64,000 nt of DNA from Candidatus Altimarinota bacterium (lineage in GTDB: Bacteria; Patescibacteriota; Gracilibacteria; CAIRYL01; GCA-016699755), in assembly GCA_963664295.1 (NCBI GenBank), contig OY760935.1:960001-1024000 (forward strand), written 5' to 3'. The notes under the pieces were generated by a model. It did not search any database. It was not told where the DNA came from and saw only the letters and a program-made list of their open reading frames with translations. Of this stretch, positions 18,432-29,228 are shown one piece after another (position 1 is the first letter of the stretch; every line of letters starts with the position of its first letter). The position numbers were made by a program, and so were the translations under genes.

Positions 18432-19535
18432 TTATTGAGCAACTTTTTTGCGACCTCTACCAGTTGGCTCTGGTTTCCATTTTTTTTCATCAAAACTATA
18501 AACCGCACGACCAACCCTGACAAAAGCTGGACTTTTTTGAAGATTAAGCGATATTGTGCCAACTTTTACATCTCTTTGTGCTAAAACTTTTTTAACAATG
18601 TCTTTTTTTGAAAGAGGACCGTCGTCTTGTAGTATTTTTGCAATTACATCAGCCACTGTGCCAGCTTCAAAACCCCATTCTTTAAGGGCATAAAGACCTC
18701 TGCCAACCAAAATGAATTCATCATAACGAATTAGGTCATTATGAACTGCTTGCACTGTGATTGTTTTTTTATCAAAACCAGCATTAACAATACGATTCGC
18801 AATCTCAACAAAATGAAGTGGTTTTTTGGTTTTTTTCAAAATGATATTAATTTTATCGCGAATGCTTTTTGGATTAACATGTCTCCACTCCATTAAGCCC
18901 CATTTATCGTCTATTCTTTTAAGTCTTAAATCAACCTCCATAGCAGAAACAATTCTAACTGGTGGAATTTCTTTTGTTCTAAATGATCCTGCTACTTTTT
19001 CAATAAGTGACTTTTCAGCAAGTGTGTCACTTGATTTTTTAAGTGTTTTATAAGCTGTATCTGCAATAGCTTTAATTTCTTCTTTACTTAAAGACTTTTT
19101 GTGCCAAAAGGGATAAAAAGTCTTTGGAGGATCAATTTTATTTATTTTGTCATCAATTGTGAGCGCTAATTTAATAATTGATCCATCAACAGGAGATGTA
19201 TGAAATATTTTAGTTAAAATTTTACTAATCAATGATTTTTCCAATAATAAACCACCATGCTCGTCTAAAATTTCATGTGCTACAGAATTAATTAAGTTTA
19301 ATTTTGTATTAGAAATATTTCTTTTTAGTTTTTTCAAAGCTGATGATTCTATTTGACGAACCCTTTCTCTGGTCACTAAAAAGCTCTTACCAATTCTTTC
19401 AAGCGTTTGCCTTGGTTTATTGTCTAGGGCAAACCTTTTTGTGATTACTACTTTTTCTTTATCAGAAAGTACTATAAAAAGATCATTGATAATCTTTTGT
19501 AGGTTTAGTTCCGATAGAGCTTGTGAATTAGTCAT
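18432..19535 (-). CDS. sigma70 region-4 HTH + HARE-HTH protein (common in CPR)
   Basis: TLERIG..VTRERVRQIE; PLHFVEIA..TVQAVHNDLIRYDEFILVGRGLYALKEWG. Confidence 0.85.
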   Translation of the reverse strand: MTNSQALSELNLQKIINDLFIVLSDKEKVVITKRFALDNKPRQTLERIGKSFLVTRERVRQIESSALKKLKRNISNTKLNLINSVAHEILDEHGGLLLEKSLISKILTKIFHTSPVDGSIIKLALTIDDKINKIDPPKTFYPFWHKKSLSKEEIKAIADTAYKTLKKSSDTLAEKSLIEKVAGSFRTKEIPPVRIVSAMEVDLRLKRIDDKWGLMEWRHVNPKSIRDKINIILKKTKKPLHFVEIANRIVNAGFDKKTITVQAVHNDLIRYDEFILVGRGLYALKEWGFEAGTVADVIAKILQDDGPLSKKDIVKKVLAQRDVKVGTISLNLQKSPAFVRVGRAVYSFDEKKWKPEPTGRGRKKVAQ

Positions 19536-19745
19536 ATGGTTATATTAAAACAATTTTCTAAATAAAGGTTGTAATTTTTACAGAAATTTCTATTTTTGTC
19601 AAGAAGATTATTAACTTGTTCTAACCTTGCTATTTTAAATTAGGCAAAAATATTTCTGTGTTCAATTATGTGTTTATATAACAATTTTGTAAAGAGTAAA
19701 TTTTACAAACTACAAAATAGTTATAAAAACAATTATTTTATAGCT

Positions 19746-20870
19746 TTACTCTTCAGTTTTTTCTTCTTTTTTGGCTTCTGCCTTAGTTTTTAATGACAGC
19801 CTTAAGCTGTGATCACCTTCGTTGATTTCAAGAATTTTTACCTCAACTTCATCGCCAACTTTAAACATTTCTTCTGGTGATTGGTTTTCGTCAGTGAACT
19901 CAGAAACATGAACAAGTCCTGTAATATCCTCTGCCAAAGTCACAAAAATACCAAAATTAGTCACTTTATTAACAGTACCTTTTTTCATTGAACCAAGGTC
20001 AAACTCCTTTACTTTGTCCATCCAAGGATCTTTTTCTAATCTTTTTACTGAAAGTGAAATCTTTTCATTTTCAAAACCAATTACTTTTGCTTTGATTTTT
20101 TGACCCATTTTATAGTTTTTTTGTGGGTTTTTCGCTTCATCATCCCAGGTTATCTCAGAAACATGAACAAGTCCTTCAAGGTTGCCGAAGGTAATAAAAA
20201 TACCAAACTTAACAATACCATTAACTTCTCCTTCAATAATGTCGCCTGCTTTGATTTTTGTCATTTCTTTGGCACGAATGTCTGCATAAGCAGCACGCTC
20301 TGAAACAACAACTTTTGGAATAGATTCATCCATCATAATAATTTTGCAGGTAAACTTCTTGCTAACTAATTTTTGTAATTTTTCTAAAATCATTTCTGCA
20401 TTAGCCCCGTCAACACGAGGAAAATTAGTAGGTGCAAGTTGAGAAACAGGCAAAAACACGCGCATGCCATCAATTTCTGACATCAAGCCTCCCTTGTTGG
20501 CTTCTTTTGCCACAACATCAATAGGCTCGTTGTTTTTATGAGCTTTTTCTAGTTTATCCCAAACTTTTAGGTGGGACGCCTTTCTGAGCGATAAAACCAC
20601 CATTCCATCTTCGCTTTCATTATCAAGAACAAAAGCTGAAACAAGGTCGCCAATTTGAACATTTTTTGCAGTTTCAAAAGAATCTGTCATTTCGCGACCA
20701 GAAATAATACCAGTTGAAACACCTTCAATATCAACAATAATATAATTCTTTCCTCTATCAATAACTCTTCCTTCAATCATTTCTCCAGGATTAGGGATTG
20801 TGAACTCAGCAGAATCTTTGATCAACTCTTCCATGGACAAATCCGCATCTTTAATTGCAATTTCAGACAT
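19746..20870 (-). CDS. rpsA: 30S ribosomal protein S1 (four S1 domains)
   Basis: NKGGL, FLPVSQL, FGIF..EGLVHVSE, ISLSVKRL. Confidence 0.93.
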   Translation of the reverse strand: MSEIAIKDADLSMEELIKDSAEFTIPNPGEMIEGRVIDRGKNYIIVDIEGVSTGIISGREMTDSFETAKNVQIGDLVSAFVLDNESEDGMVVLSLRKASHLKVWDKLEKAHKNNEPIDVVAKEANKGGLMSEIDGMRVFLPVSQLAPTNFPRVDGANAEMILEKLQKLVSKKFTCKIIMMDESIPKVVVSERAAYADIRAKEMTKIKAGDIIEGEVNGIVKFGIFITFGNLEGLVHVSEITWDDEAKNPQKNYKMGQKIKAKVIGFENEKISLSVKRLEKDPWMDKVKEFDLGSMKKGTVNKVTNFGIFVTLAEDITGLVHVSEFTDENQSPEEMFKVGDEVEVKILEINEGDHSLRLSLKTKAEAKKEEKTEE

Positions 20871-20937
20871 AAAAAATAAAAATAAAAAAACAGCAACGGG
20901 GATTTTCCCATAATTTGTTTATTAAAGCAAGTACTTT

Positions 20938-22299
20938 TTAAAAAATATTTTTAATTGCTTCAAGCACTGTGCGCACAGGTCTTATCTCTAGTTCTTTAAT
21001 ATTTTTATTAGTTTTTTTATTACTTGGTATAACAACCTCTGTGAGACCTAGTTTTTGACCTTCTTTTAGTCTTTTTTCTAAAAAAGAAATTGCTCTAACT
21101 TCGCCAGACAAACCAAGCTCTCCGCAGGCAAAAAGTTTGTTTTTTAAGGGCTGTTTTTTGTGTGCCGAAACCAAAGCAAGCGCAAGTGGTAAGTCCATAG
21201 CAGGCTCATTTACTTTAAAGCCACCAACCACGTTTACAAAAACATCTTTATTTTCAAAATTAATTCTCGCGTGATTTTGCAAAATAGCTAAAATAAGTGA
21301 CAAGCGCGCAAGAGGAATACCACTCGCGGTTCTTTTTGGTAAACCAAAGCGAGTAGTTGATGTTAGGGCTTGAATTTCAACCAAAAAAGATCGTGATCCC
21401 TCAATAACCGGAAAAATAACACTACCAATCGCATTTTCTAGCCTTCCGTCCAAAAATGCTTCACTAGGTTTTTTTAATTCTTGTAGTCCTTTTTCTGTCA
21501 TTTCAAAAACACCAACTTCTTGTGCAGAGCCAAACCTATTTTTACTTGTCCGTAAAACACGAAAGTCATGCTTACTGTCTCCTTCTAAGATTAAAACTGT
21601 GTCAACAAGATGAGCTAAAACTTGTGGGCCAGCCATTTCACCTTCTTTGTTTACATGGCCTATTAAAATTGTTGGTATTTTGTTTTTTTTTGTAAATTGC
21701 ATTATTTTTTCTGTCACTGTTCTGATTTGTGACATACTTCCTGTCGCACTGCCAGAATTACCCGAGGCAATTGTTTGTACGCTATCAATAATTAAAAAAT
21801 CTGGTCTTTCTTCTTGTGCTGTAGATAAAATATTTTCTATTAAAAACTCATTTAATATTTGCACTTCTGGATTTTTGTCTGACAGCCTATCTGCTCTTTC
21901 GGCAATTTGTGATACTGATTCTTCTCCAGAAACCATTAAAACTTTTTTGTTTTGATTAGCAACTTCTAATGCAACTTGTAAAGAAAGAGTAGACTTTCCT
22001 ATGCCTGGACTACCAACCAACAATGAAAGTGAGTCAACCAAAAAGCCACCACCCAAAACCCTGTCTAATTCTGAAATCTTTGTTCCTATTCTCGCTTTTT
22101 TGCTTTCTTGTTTTAAGGCTTGATTTAAATATTCTGGAGTTTTAATAATGCCTCTTGTATTTTTTGTGCCAATGTCTAGCTCTTCTGTTTGTTCTTCAAA
22201 GGTGTTCCATTCTTCGCAAACACTACACTGTCCCACCCACTTAGGAGAAATGTTTCCACATTTTACACAAACCCAACTTATTTTTTGCTTTTTTTTCAT
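20938..22299 (-). CDS. radA: DNA repair protein RadA/Sms (start reassigned to 22299)
   Basis: CxxC..WVGQCxxC, GSPGIGKST, IDSVQT, KNRFG, GELGLSGEVR. Confidence 0.96.
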   Translation of the reverse strand: MKKKQKISWVCVKCGNISPKWVGQCSVCEEWNTFEEQTEELDIGTKNTRGIIKTPEYLNQALKQESKKARIGTKISELDRVLGGGFLVDSLSLLVGSPGIGKSTLSLQVALEVANQNKKVLMVSGEESVSQIAERADRLSDKNPEVQILNEFLIENILSTAQEERPDFLIIDSVQTIASGNSGSATGSMSQIRTVTEKIMQFTKKNKIPTILIGHVNKEGEMAGPQVLAHLVDTVLILEGDSKHDFRVLRTSKNRFGSAQEVGVFEMTEKGLQELKKPSEAFLDGRLENAIGSVIFPVIEGSRSFLVEIQALTSTTRFGLPKRTASGIPLARLSLILAILQNHARINFENKDVFVNVVGGFKVNEPAMDLPLALALVSAHKKQPLKNKLFACGELGLSGEVRAISFLEKRLKEGQKLGLTEVVIPSNKKTNKNIKELEIRPVRTVLEAIKNIF

Positions 22300-22345
22300 A
22301 TAATTATTTTGGCACAAAAGCTTTTTGTAGCACAATAAGAATAAT

Positions 22346-23230
22346 ATGAAGAAAAAATTTTTTCCAAAATTTAGTTATAGGTCCTGGTTTGTTGTTTTTT
22401 GTTTACAAATTATTTGTTTTTTAATGATTTTTTCTGAACATCAAAAAATTCCCAGTAAAAACTTTGAAATTAGTTTTTTTGATGTTCAACTTGGTGATGC
22501 AATTTTTATAAAAAGCCCTAATGGCCACAATATAATAATCGACGGGGGCACGGATAGTGCGATTATTGAAAAAATAATGCGCAATAAAAGCTTTTTTGAT
22601 CGCAAAATAGACGCAATTATTTTGACCCACCCGGACAGTGATCACTTGTTTGGTGCTTATTATGCCTTAGATAATTTTAAGGTGAATAAGGTTTTTATTA
22701 CAGGCGTAAAAACGAATAATAAGATTTTTTATGATTTTTTAAAATTAGCAAAAAATAAAAACACTGAGCTTGTTTTTTTAGATGGATCCCAAGATTTTAA
22801 AACTAAAAATATTTATTTTAATGTTCTGTTGCCAATAGAAAGTATTAAAAACAAAGAAATTAATAACACAAACAATACTTCGATTGTTTTAAGGGTTAAT
22901 GTTTTTAATAAAAACATTTTATTAACTGGTGATATAGAAAAAAAGATAGAAAAATTATTAACCTTAAGTGATGAGAAATTAAAAAGCGATTTGTTAAAAC
23001 TTTCTCATCATGGATCTTCTTCATCTAGTGATCCTGATTTTATTTCCACGGTTAATCCAAAGTTTGCTATAATAACTGCGTCGGAAGATAATCCTTATTA
23101 CCATCCACACAAAAAAACATTAAATACACTGAAAAATTTTGATGTCCAATTTTGGCAAACTGGTTTAAGTGGAGACATAAAGTATTCAATATCTCCTAAT
23201 TCTTTTTATGAATTTAATTTTACAAAATGA
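22346..23230 (+). CDS. ComEC/Rec2-type metallo-beta-lactamase-fold protein
   Basis: FFDVQLGDA, LTHPDSDH, LLTGD, SHHGS, NPYYHPH. Confidence 0.9.
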   Translation: MKKKFFPKFSYRSWFVVFCLQIICFLMIFSEHQKIPSKNFEISFFDVQLGDAIFIKSPNGHNIIIDGGTDSAIIEKIMRNKSFFDRKIDAIILTHPDSDHLFGAYYALDNFKVNKVFITGVKTNNKIFYDFLKLAKNKNTELVFLDGSQDFKTKNIYFNVLLPIESIKNKEINNTNNTSIVLRVNVFNKNILLTGDIEKKIEKLLTLSDEKLKSDLLKLSHHGSSSSSDPDFISTVNPKFAIITASEDNPYYHPHKKTLNTLKNFDVQFWQTGLSGDIKYSISPNSFYEFNFTK

Positions 23231-24540
23231 AACCAACTATTCTTTTATTAGCAGCTGGAAGGTCTTCTCGTATGGAACCGCTTAGTAATAAAATTTTTGC
23301 AAAATATTTAGGCAAAGAATTAATTGTTCATCAATTTGAGCACATCTTAGGTGCTGGTTTTGAAAAATTTATTATTGTTGGAAATGAAATTAATATTAAT
23401 AAACTAAAATCACTAATTAAGCCTAATAAAAAAGTTATGGTGGACTTTGTGGTGCAACCAGATTTAAATGAGGGAATTAAGGGGGCTGTTCTTTCTGCTC
23501 AAAAAAAAATAAACAGCAAAGAGCCAATAATAATTATTAGTTCAAATGATTATGTGGAAAAAACAGCTTATAAAAAACTTCTAGAAGAAGCCAAAAAAAC
23601 AAATAATGAAATAATTATTATTGGTAAAACTGTGGATAAGTATTTTCCAGGTGGATATCTTGAGTTAAATTCAAAAAAACAAATAAAAAAAATTGTGGAA
23701 AAACCAAAACCAGGACAAGAGCCTAGTAACTTAGTAGCTTTAATGGTTCAATACTTTAAAAATCCTCAAAACTTAATGGAAACTTACCAAAAAGTGACAA
23801 ATCAACACGATGATGCCCATGAACAAGCTATGCAAATACTTTTCGATCAAAAAATTAACTCAAGTGTTGTTGAGTATCAAGGTTGTTGGCAGGCAATAAA
23901 ATATCCGTTTCATCAATTGGTTTTAACTACACGCGCACTTGATTTAATTAAAAAAACCTTTATCCACCCAAAAGCTGAGGTCTCTAAAAAGGCCTCTATA
24001 AATGGTAATTGTTATATTGAAGAAGGTGTAAAAATATTTGATTTTGCGGTTATACAAGGACCTTGTTATATAGGAAAAAACACTATTATTGGCAACCATT
24101 CCTTAGTTCGTAATTCTCACATTGGAGAAAATTGTGTTATTGGTAGTGGGTGCGACATTTGTAGGTCTTATTTTAGTTCTCATGTTTGGACTCATCAAAA
24201 TTTTATTGGTGATTCAATAATAGAAAGTAATGTTTCATTTGGGGCAGGTGCTCGCACAGCAAACCTAAGACTTGATGAAGAAAATATAGAAATGACCATA
24301 AAAGGAAACAGAATTAATAGTAATAGTAATAAATTAGGGGCTTTTATTGGTAAAAATTCACGCATAGGAATTAATACTTCAATTATGCCGGGAATTAAAA
24401 TTGGTAGGAATAGTTTTATTACCTCAGGAATTGTTGTGGATAAAAATATTCCTGAAAAAAGCTTTATTAAAAAAGAAAATAAACTACTTATTAAAAGTAA
24501 TTTTAAAAAACTTAAACATAGAAATAGTTTTGAACAATGA
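23227..24540 (+). CDS. GlmU-like sugar-1-phosphate nucleotidyltransferase/acetyltransferase
   Basis: LAAGRSSRMEPL, IVEKP, hexapeptide repeats, GAGARTANLR. Confidence 0.85.
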   Translation: MKPTILLLAAGRSSRMEPLSNKIFAKYLGKELIVHQFEHILGAGFEKFIIVGNEININKLKSLIKPNKKVMVDFVVQPDLNEGIKGAVLSAQKKINSKEPIIIISSNDYVEKTAYKKLLEEAKKTNNEIIIIGKTVDKYFPGGYLELNSKKQIKKIVEKPKPGQEPSNLVALMVQYFKNPQNLMETYQKVTNQHDDAHEQAMQILFDQKINSSVVEYQGCWQAIKYPFHQLVLTTRALDLIKKTFIHPKAEVSKKASINGNCYIEEGVKIFDFAVIQGPCYIGKNTIIGNHSLVRNSHIGENCVIGSGCDICRSYFSSHVWTHQNFIGDSIIESNVSFGAGARTANLRLDEENIEMTIKGNRINSNSNKLGAFIGKNSRIGINTSIMPGIKIGRNSFITSGIVVDKNIPEKSFIKKENKLLIKSNFKKLKHRNSFEQ

Positions 24541-24720
24541 ATAATTTTTTTTAACACTTAGTTTTGTTTTTGTTTACTTTCTTTTTTTTATAAATTTTTT
24601 GTTCATTATTAATTTATTTTTAATAATTACTATTGTTTGTTTTTATTATTTTTTTTGTTTAATTGTAGTTATTTTTTTGAATAATTTTTTTTAACACTTA
24701 GTTTTGTTTTTGTTTACTTT
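24538..24720 (+). repeat. 43-bp perfect direct repeat (24538-24580 and 24678-24720) in an extremely AT-rich intergenic region
   Basis: The two 43-bp segments are identical, 140 bp apart. Confidence 0.9.
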
Positions 24721-24879
24721 AAAGCTTTATATTTATTAAGTATATTTATACATTTAAATATTAAATACTAAAATAGGCTTTTATTATATTAATAAATATA
24801 TTTATAATTACTAATTAAATAAAAGATTGCATTTTTAAGTAAAAAAATATAATCTCTAAATAAAGAATAAATTTATTAT

Positions 24880-25989
24880 ATGCGCTTTAATATTGAACAA
24901 AAAGACTTCTTAAAGGGTCTCTTGATTGCGCAAAAAGCAATCAATAATCAAAATACATTACCAATTTTAAGTAATGTATTACTTAAAACAGAAGGTCAAA
25001 AGCTTTTTATTTCATCAACCAATCTTGAAATATCAATTAAGATAACCATCTCTGCTGAAATAAAAAATGAAGGCTCTATTACTGTTCCATCTAGAGTAAT
25101 TACTAATTGGGTAAATTTTTCTAAAGAAGGAGATATTGAAGTAAAAACAGAGGAAGGTATGAGTTTGTTTTTAAAAACAAACTCAGCAAAAACAAAAATT
25201 AAAGGAGTAAGTGCGGATGAGTTTCCAGTTTTACCTAAAGTAGAAAAAGAAAACGAATTTACAGTTAGTATTAAAGAATTTCAAAAATCAATAAATGAGG
25301 TTAGTTTTTCTTGTGCCCATTCAAATATTAGACCAGTATTATCAGGTGTTTTACTACAAGGAAAAGGTGATAAAATTCAATTAGTAGCAACTGATAGTTA
25401 TCGATTATCTGAAAAAACAATAAAACTAAATAAACCTTTAGAAAAAGAAGTTTATTCAATAATTCCTTCAAGAACAATGATTGAGCTTGAAAGAATTTTA
25501 TCAGTCTTAAAAAAAGAAGAAGATGAATTAAAAATTATTATTTCTCAAAACGAAATAATGTTCCAAGTTGATAATATTGAGGTAGTTTCAAGGTTAATTG
25601 AGGGAAAGTTTCCAGAGCACACACAAATTATCCCTAAAGCAGAAAAAACAATTAGTTTAATAAATAAAGAAGACCTAGTTTTAGCTATAAAAAGAGTTGG
25701 TATATTCGCAAGAGAAAACAATAATAATATGCGTTTTAATTTTGATGATAATCAAGTTTTAATAACAACTGATGTAACAGAAATTGGATCAGAAGAAGCA
25801 GTTATTCAATCAGAAGTTTCCGGTGAAAAAAATCAAACCTCATTAAATGGACAATTTTTATTAGATGTGTTGTCAGTAATTGATAATAAAGAAATTAAAA
25901 TTAAAATTGCTGAAAAATTATCACCAATTATTATTCAAGGAAAAGATAATAATGAATTCATTCATGTTATAATGCCCTTAAAGATTTAA
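24880..25989 (+). CDS. dnaN: DNA polymerase III beta clamp
   Basis: LPILSNVL, STNLE, RPVLSGV, ATDSYRL, SRLIEGKFP, IMPL. Confidence 0.97.
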   Translation: MRFNIEQKDFLKGLLIAQKAINNQNTLPILSNVLLKTEGQKLFISSTNLEISIKITISAEIKNEGSITVPSRVITNWVNFSKEGDIEVKTEEGMSLFLKTNSAKTKIKGVSADEFPVLPKVEKENEFTVSIKEFQKSINEVSFSCAHSNIRPVLSGVLLQGKGDKIQLVATDSYRLSEKTIKLNKPLEKEVYSIIPSRTMIELERILSVLKKEEDELKIIISQNEIMFQVDNIEVVSRLIEGKFPEHTQIIPKAEKTISLINKEDLVLAIKRVGIFARENNNNMRFNFDDNQVLITTDVTEIGSEEAVIQSEVSGEKNQTSLNGQFLLDVLSVIDNKEIKIKIAEKLSPIIIQGKDNNEFIHVIMPLKI

Positions 25990-26057
25990 TTTAAAAATTA
26001 AGTAAATTAAGAAATCAATTAACACGCAATTTTTTGTGTGCAAATTAATAATTTTAT

Positions 26058-29000
26058 ATGTTAGAGAATATTTTCCCAAAAATTCAACTTGAGAACATAG
26101 AAAAAAAACTCCAAAAAGATAAAAAAATAACTTTATCTGGTGTTAGTAATAAATCTGCAAAAAGTTTTTTATTTAAAAAACTTTTTTTTAATAAAAAAAC
26201 TCCAAGGAGATTTCTTTGGGTTTTAAATAATAAAAATGACGTTATTGACCTAAGTAACACATTAAGTCTTTTTTTAGGTAATAATTGGGAAATAAAAACC
26301 TTACACAAAGAAGAGGAAACAAAAGAAGTTCAAAAAATCGAATGGGTAATTAATTTAGAAAAAAAACCTATAAAAAATGAAATTTATATATTAAGTCAAA
26401 AAGAATTATTAGAGATGTTTCCAAGCCCAAACAAAATCCATGAAAATAAAATAAGTTTTTATAAAAAAGATAAAATTAATATTCTTAAAATTTTTAATAA
26501 TTTAATAGAAATTGGTTATAAAGCATCACAAGATGTTGTTTTACACAAAGGTCAACATAGGAGAAGTGGCGATGTTTTAGATATATTTCCAATAGGTAAT
26601 AATAAACCAGTAAAAATAGAGATAGAGTTTGATGTAATAAAAAATATTTATGAATTTTTACCAGATAGAAAAAAGATATCAAAATCACTAAATAGTATTA
26701 ATATTTACCCAGCTAACACAGAAAAATCACAAGACTTATTTTTTAATTTTTTCTCTCAAGATGATTGTCTTATTTTTGATGACTTAGAAGATGGAGAATT
26801 TTTAGAGAACAGCTTAAATAAAACAAAATCATGTCGTATTGACTTTACAAGTTTTTTAGAAGCAGACGGAGAACAGGGTGCTCATTTAAGATACTTATCA
26901 GTACTTAAATTCTTTAATCTTTTTGATTTAATTGCTGATTTAAAAACAAAAATAGAAAAAGATTGGTACATTACAATTTTAACCAAAAGGATTGATGAAA
27001 TTAGGAATATTTTTAAAGAAGAAAAAATACCTTTTTCAGAAAAAGAATCAGAAAAAAGCCTTGTTTATTTATTAGACGCAAAAGAATTAGAGCATATACC
27101 ATCTTCTTTTCAAAACCAGGAAAGAAAAATTATCTTCCTTACTGATCGTGAAATATTTCAAATAAGAAAAAGTCGTAAAATGAAAGCCTTAGAAAAGGCT
27201 AATATAGAATTTTTAACAAGCCTAAAAATAGGAGATTTTGTGGTTCACACAGACCATGGAATAGGTAGATTTACAGGTATTTCAGAGCAAGAGATAGATA
27301 ATATTACCAGAGAGTTTTTAGAAATATCTTATGCAGATAATGATAAGCTTTTTGTGCCAGTTGACCAGGCCGACAAGGTAGCTCGTTTTGTTGCAGGTGA
27401 TGATGTTGAACCAAAAATAACCCGCCTAGGAAGTCAGGAATGGAAAAATATTTGTAAATCAGTTAAAAAAGAAACTAAAAAAATAGCTAAAGAATTACTA
27501 AAAATTCAAGCAATGCGCTCACAAGCTAAAGGAGTTGCTTTTAATGAAGATGATGAAAAACAAAAACAATTTGAAAAAACTTTTCCATACGAAGAAACAC
27601 CAGGTCAAATGAGGGCTATTATGGACACAAAAAAAGACATGGAAGAAGCCGAGCCTATGGATAGACTTATTTGTGGTGATGTTGGATTTGGTAAAACAGA
27701 AGTTGCCATGAGAGCGGCCTTTAAGGCAGTTTGTAGTGGCTATCAAGTTGCACTAGTCTCACCTGTGACTATTTTAGCTGACCAGCATTATAAATCGTTT
27801 AAAAAACGCATGGACAAGTTTGGGGTGAAAATTGAGATGCTATCTCGTTTTAGGTCACCCAGTGAACAAAGAAAAATAATAGAAGAACTAAAAAAAGGAA
27901 AAATAGATATCATTATTGGCACACATAGATTACTACAAGGTGATATTAGCTTTTTTAAATTAGGGTTAGTTGTTATTGATGAAGAACAAAGATTTGGTGT
28001 GAAGCAAAAAGAAAAATTTAAACAACTTAGAAAAGAGGTTGATATATTAACATTATCAGCAACACCAATACCAAGAACCCTTAATTTAGCTCTTCATAAA
28101 CTAAGAAATATTACCACAATCAACACAGCCCCTCCAGGAAGACTACCTGTTTTAACTGAGATTAGAAAATACTCCGAAGCCCTAGTTCGAGAGGCTATCT
28201 TAAAAGAAACCGAAAGGGGTGGTCAAATTTTCTTTTTACATAACAGGGTAGAAACAATAGAGGCTATTGCAAGTAAATTAAGAATATTAATACCAGAAGC
28301 GCGCTTTATTGTGGCACATGGGCAAATGAAACCAAACGAACTTGAAGACCGCATAGTTGCTTTTAAAAACAAAAAATATGATGTTTTGGTTTCATCAACA
28401 ATTATTGAAAATGGAATTGATTTACCTAATGCTAACACCTTAATTGTTCGTAATGCTGAACAGTTTGGATTAGCCCAATTGTATCAACTTAGAGGGCGCA
28501 TAGGGCGTGGAAAAACCCAAGCATACGCTTATTTTTTATATCAAACCCAAAAACTTAAACCAGAAGCAAAAAAACGCCTTAGAGCTATTGTGGAGGCATC
28601 AGAACTAGGAAGTGGTTTTCAAATTGCAATGAAGGATATGGAAATTCGTGGAGCTGGTGATATTTTAGGGGTTAACCAGCACGGTACAGTAAACACAGTT
28701 GGTGTTAATTATTTCTTAAAACTCCTTAATCAAACTATTGAAGAAATTAAAACTGGCACAGGGGGTGATAAAAAAGAAGAAAAAGATGTTATTATTGAAA
28801 TCCCTGTTGATGCCTATATTCCAAGTAGCTTTATTCCAGATCAAAAGGAAAAAATCCTTGCTTATCAACAATTAGCAGCGGTTAAGTCTTTTAATTCTTT
28901 AGATGAACTTAAAAATGACCTTGTTGAAGAGTTTGGTAAGTTACCAAAAGAGGTTAGGAACTTGTTTACAGTATTAAAAATAAAGCTTTATGCGCGCGAA

Positions 29001-29228
29001 GCAAAGTTATTAGCTGTGCGATCTGTTCCACTAGGACGAGATGGGCGTGAAATACACCTACATTTATCAAAAAATGTGACAGCAGTAGAAATAATGAACC
29101 TACTAAAACATAACGACAAGTGGCAAATTTCAGGTGATAAATTAAAAACCAATGTAAAAAATCTTGGCTTTAATTGGATTGACGAGTTAATTAAATCAAT
29201 TAAAAAATTAAAAAAGAAAACCAGTTAA
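26058..29228 (+). CDS. mfd: Transcription-repair coupling factor
   Basis: VVHTDHGIGRF, GDVGFGKTEVA, DEEQRFG, SATPIPRT, QLRGRIGR, DMEIRGAG. Confidence 0.97.
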   Translation: MLENIFPKIQLENIEKKLQKDKKITLSGVSNKSAKSFLFKKLFFNKKTPRRFLWVLNNKNDVIDLSNTLSLFLGNNWEIKTLHKEEETKEVQKIEWVINLEKKPIKNEIYILSQKELLEMFPSPNKIHENKISFYKKDKINILKIFNNLIEIGYKASQDVVLHKGQHRRSGDVLDIFPIGNNKPVKIEIEFDVIKNIYEFLPDRKKISKSLNSINIYPANTEKSQDLFFNFFSQDDCLIFDDLEDGEFLENSLNKTKSCRIDFTSFLEADGEQGAHLRYLSVLKFFNLFDLIADLKTKIEKDWYITILTKRIDEIRNIFKEEKIPFSEKESEKSLVYLLDAKELEHIPSSFQNQERKIIFLTDREIFQIRKSRKMKALEKANIEFLTSLKIGDFVVHTDHGIGRFTGISEQEIDNITREFLEISYADNDKLFVPVDQADKVARFVAGDDVEPKITRLGSQEWKNICKSVKKETKKIAKELLKIQAMRSQAKGVAFNEDDEKQKQFEKTFPYEETPGQMRAIMDTKKDMEEAEPMDRLICGDVGFGKTEVAMRAAFKAVCSGYQVALVSPVTILADQHYKSFKKRMDKFGVKIEMLSRFRSPSEQRKIIEELKKGKIDIIIGTHRLLQGDISFFKLGLVVIDEEQRFGVKQKEKFKQLRKEVDILTLSATPIPRTLNLALHKLRNITTINTAPPGRLPVLTEIRKYSEALVREAILKETERGGQIFFLHNRVETIEAIASKLRILIPEARFIVAHGQMKPNELEDRIVAFKNKKYDVLVSSTIIENGIDLPNANTLIVRNAEQFGLAQLYQLRGRIGRGKTQAYAYFLYQTQKLKPEAKKRLRAIVEASELGSGFQIAMKDMEIRGAGDILGVNQHGTVNTVGVNYFLKLLNQTIEEIKTGTGGDKKEEKDVIIEIPVDAYIPSSFIPDQKEKILAYQQLAAVKSFNSLDELKNDLVEEFGKLPKEVRNLFTVLKIKLYAREAKLLAVRSVPLGRDGREIHLHLSKNVTAVEIMNLLKHNDKWQISGDKLKTNVKNLGFNWIDELIKSIKKLKKKTS

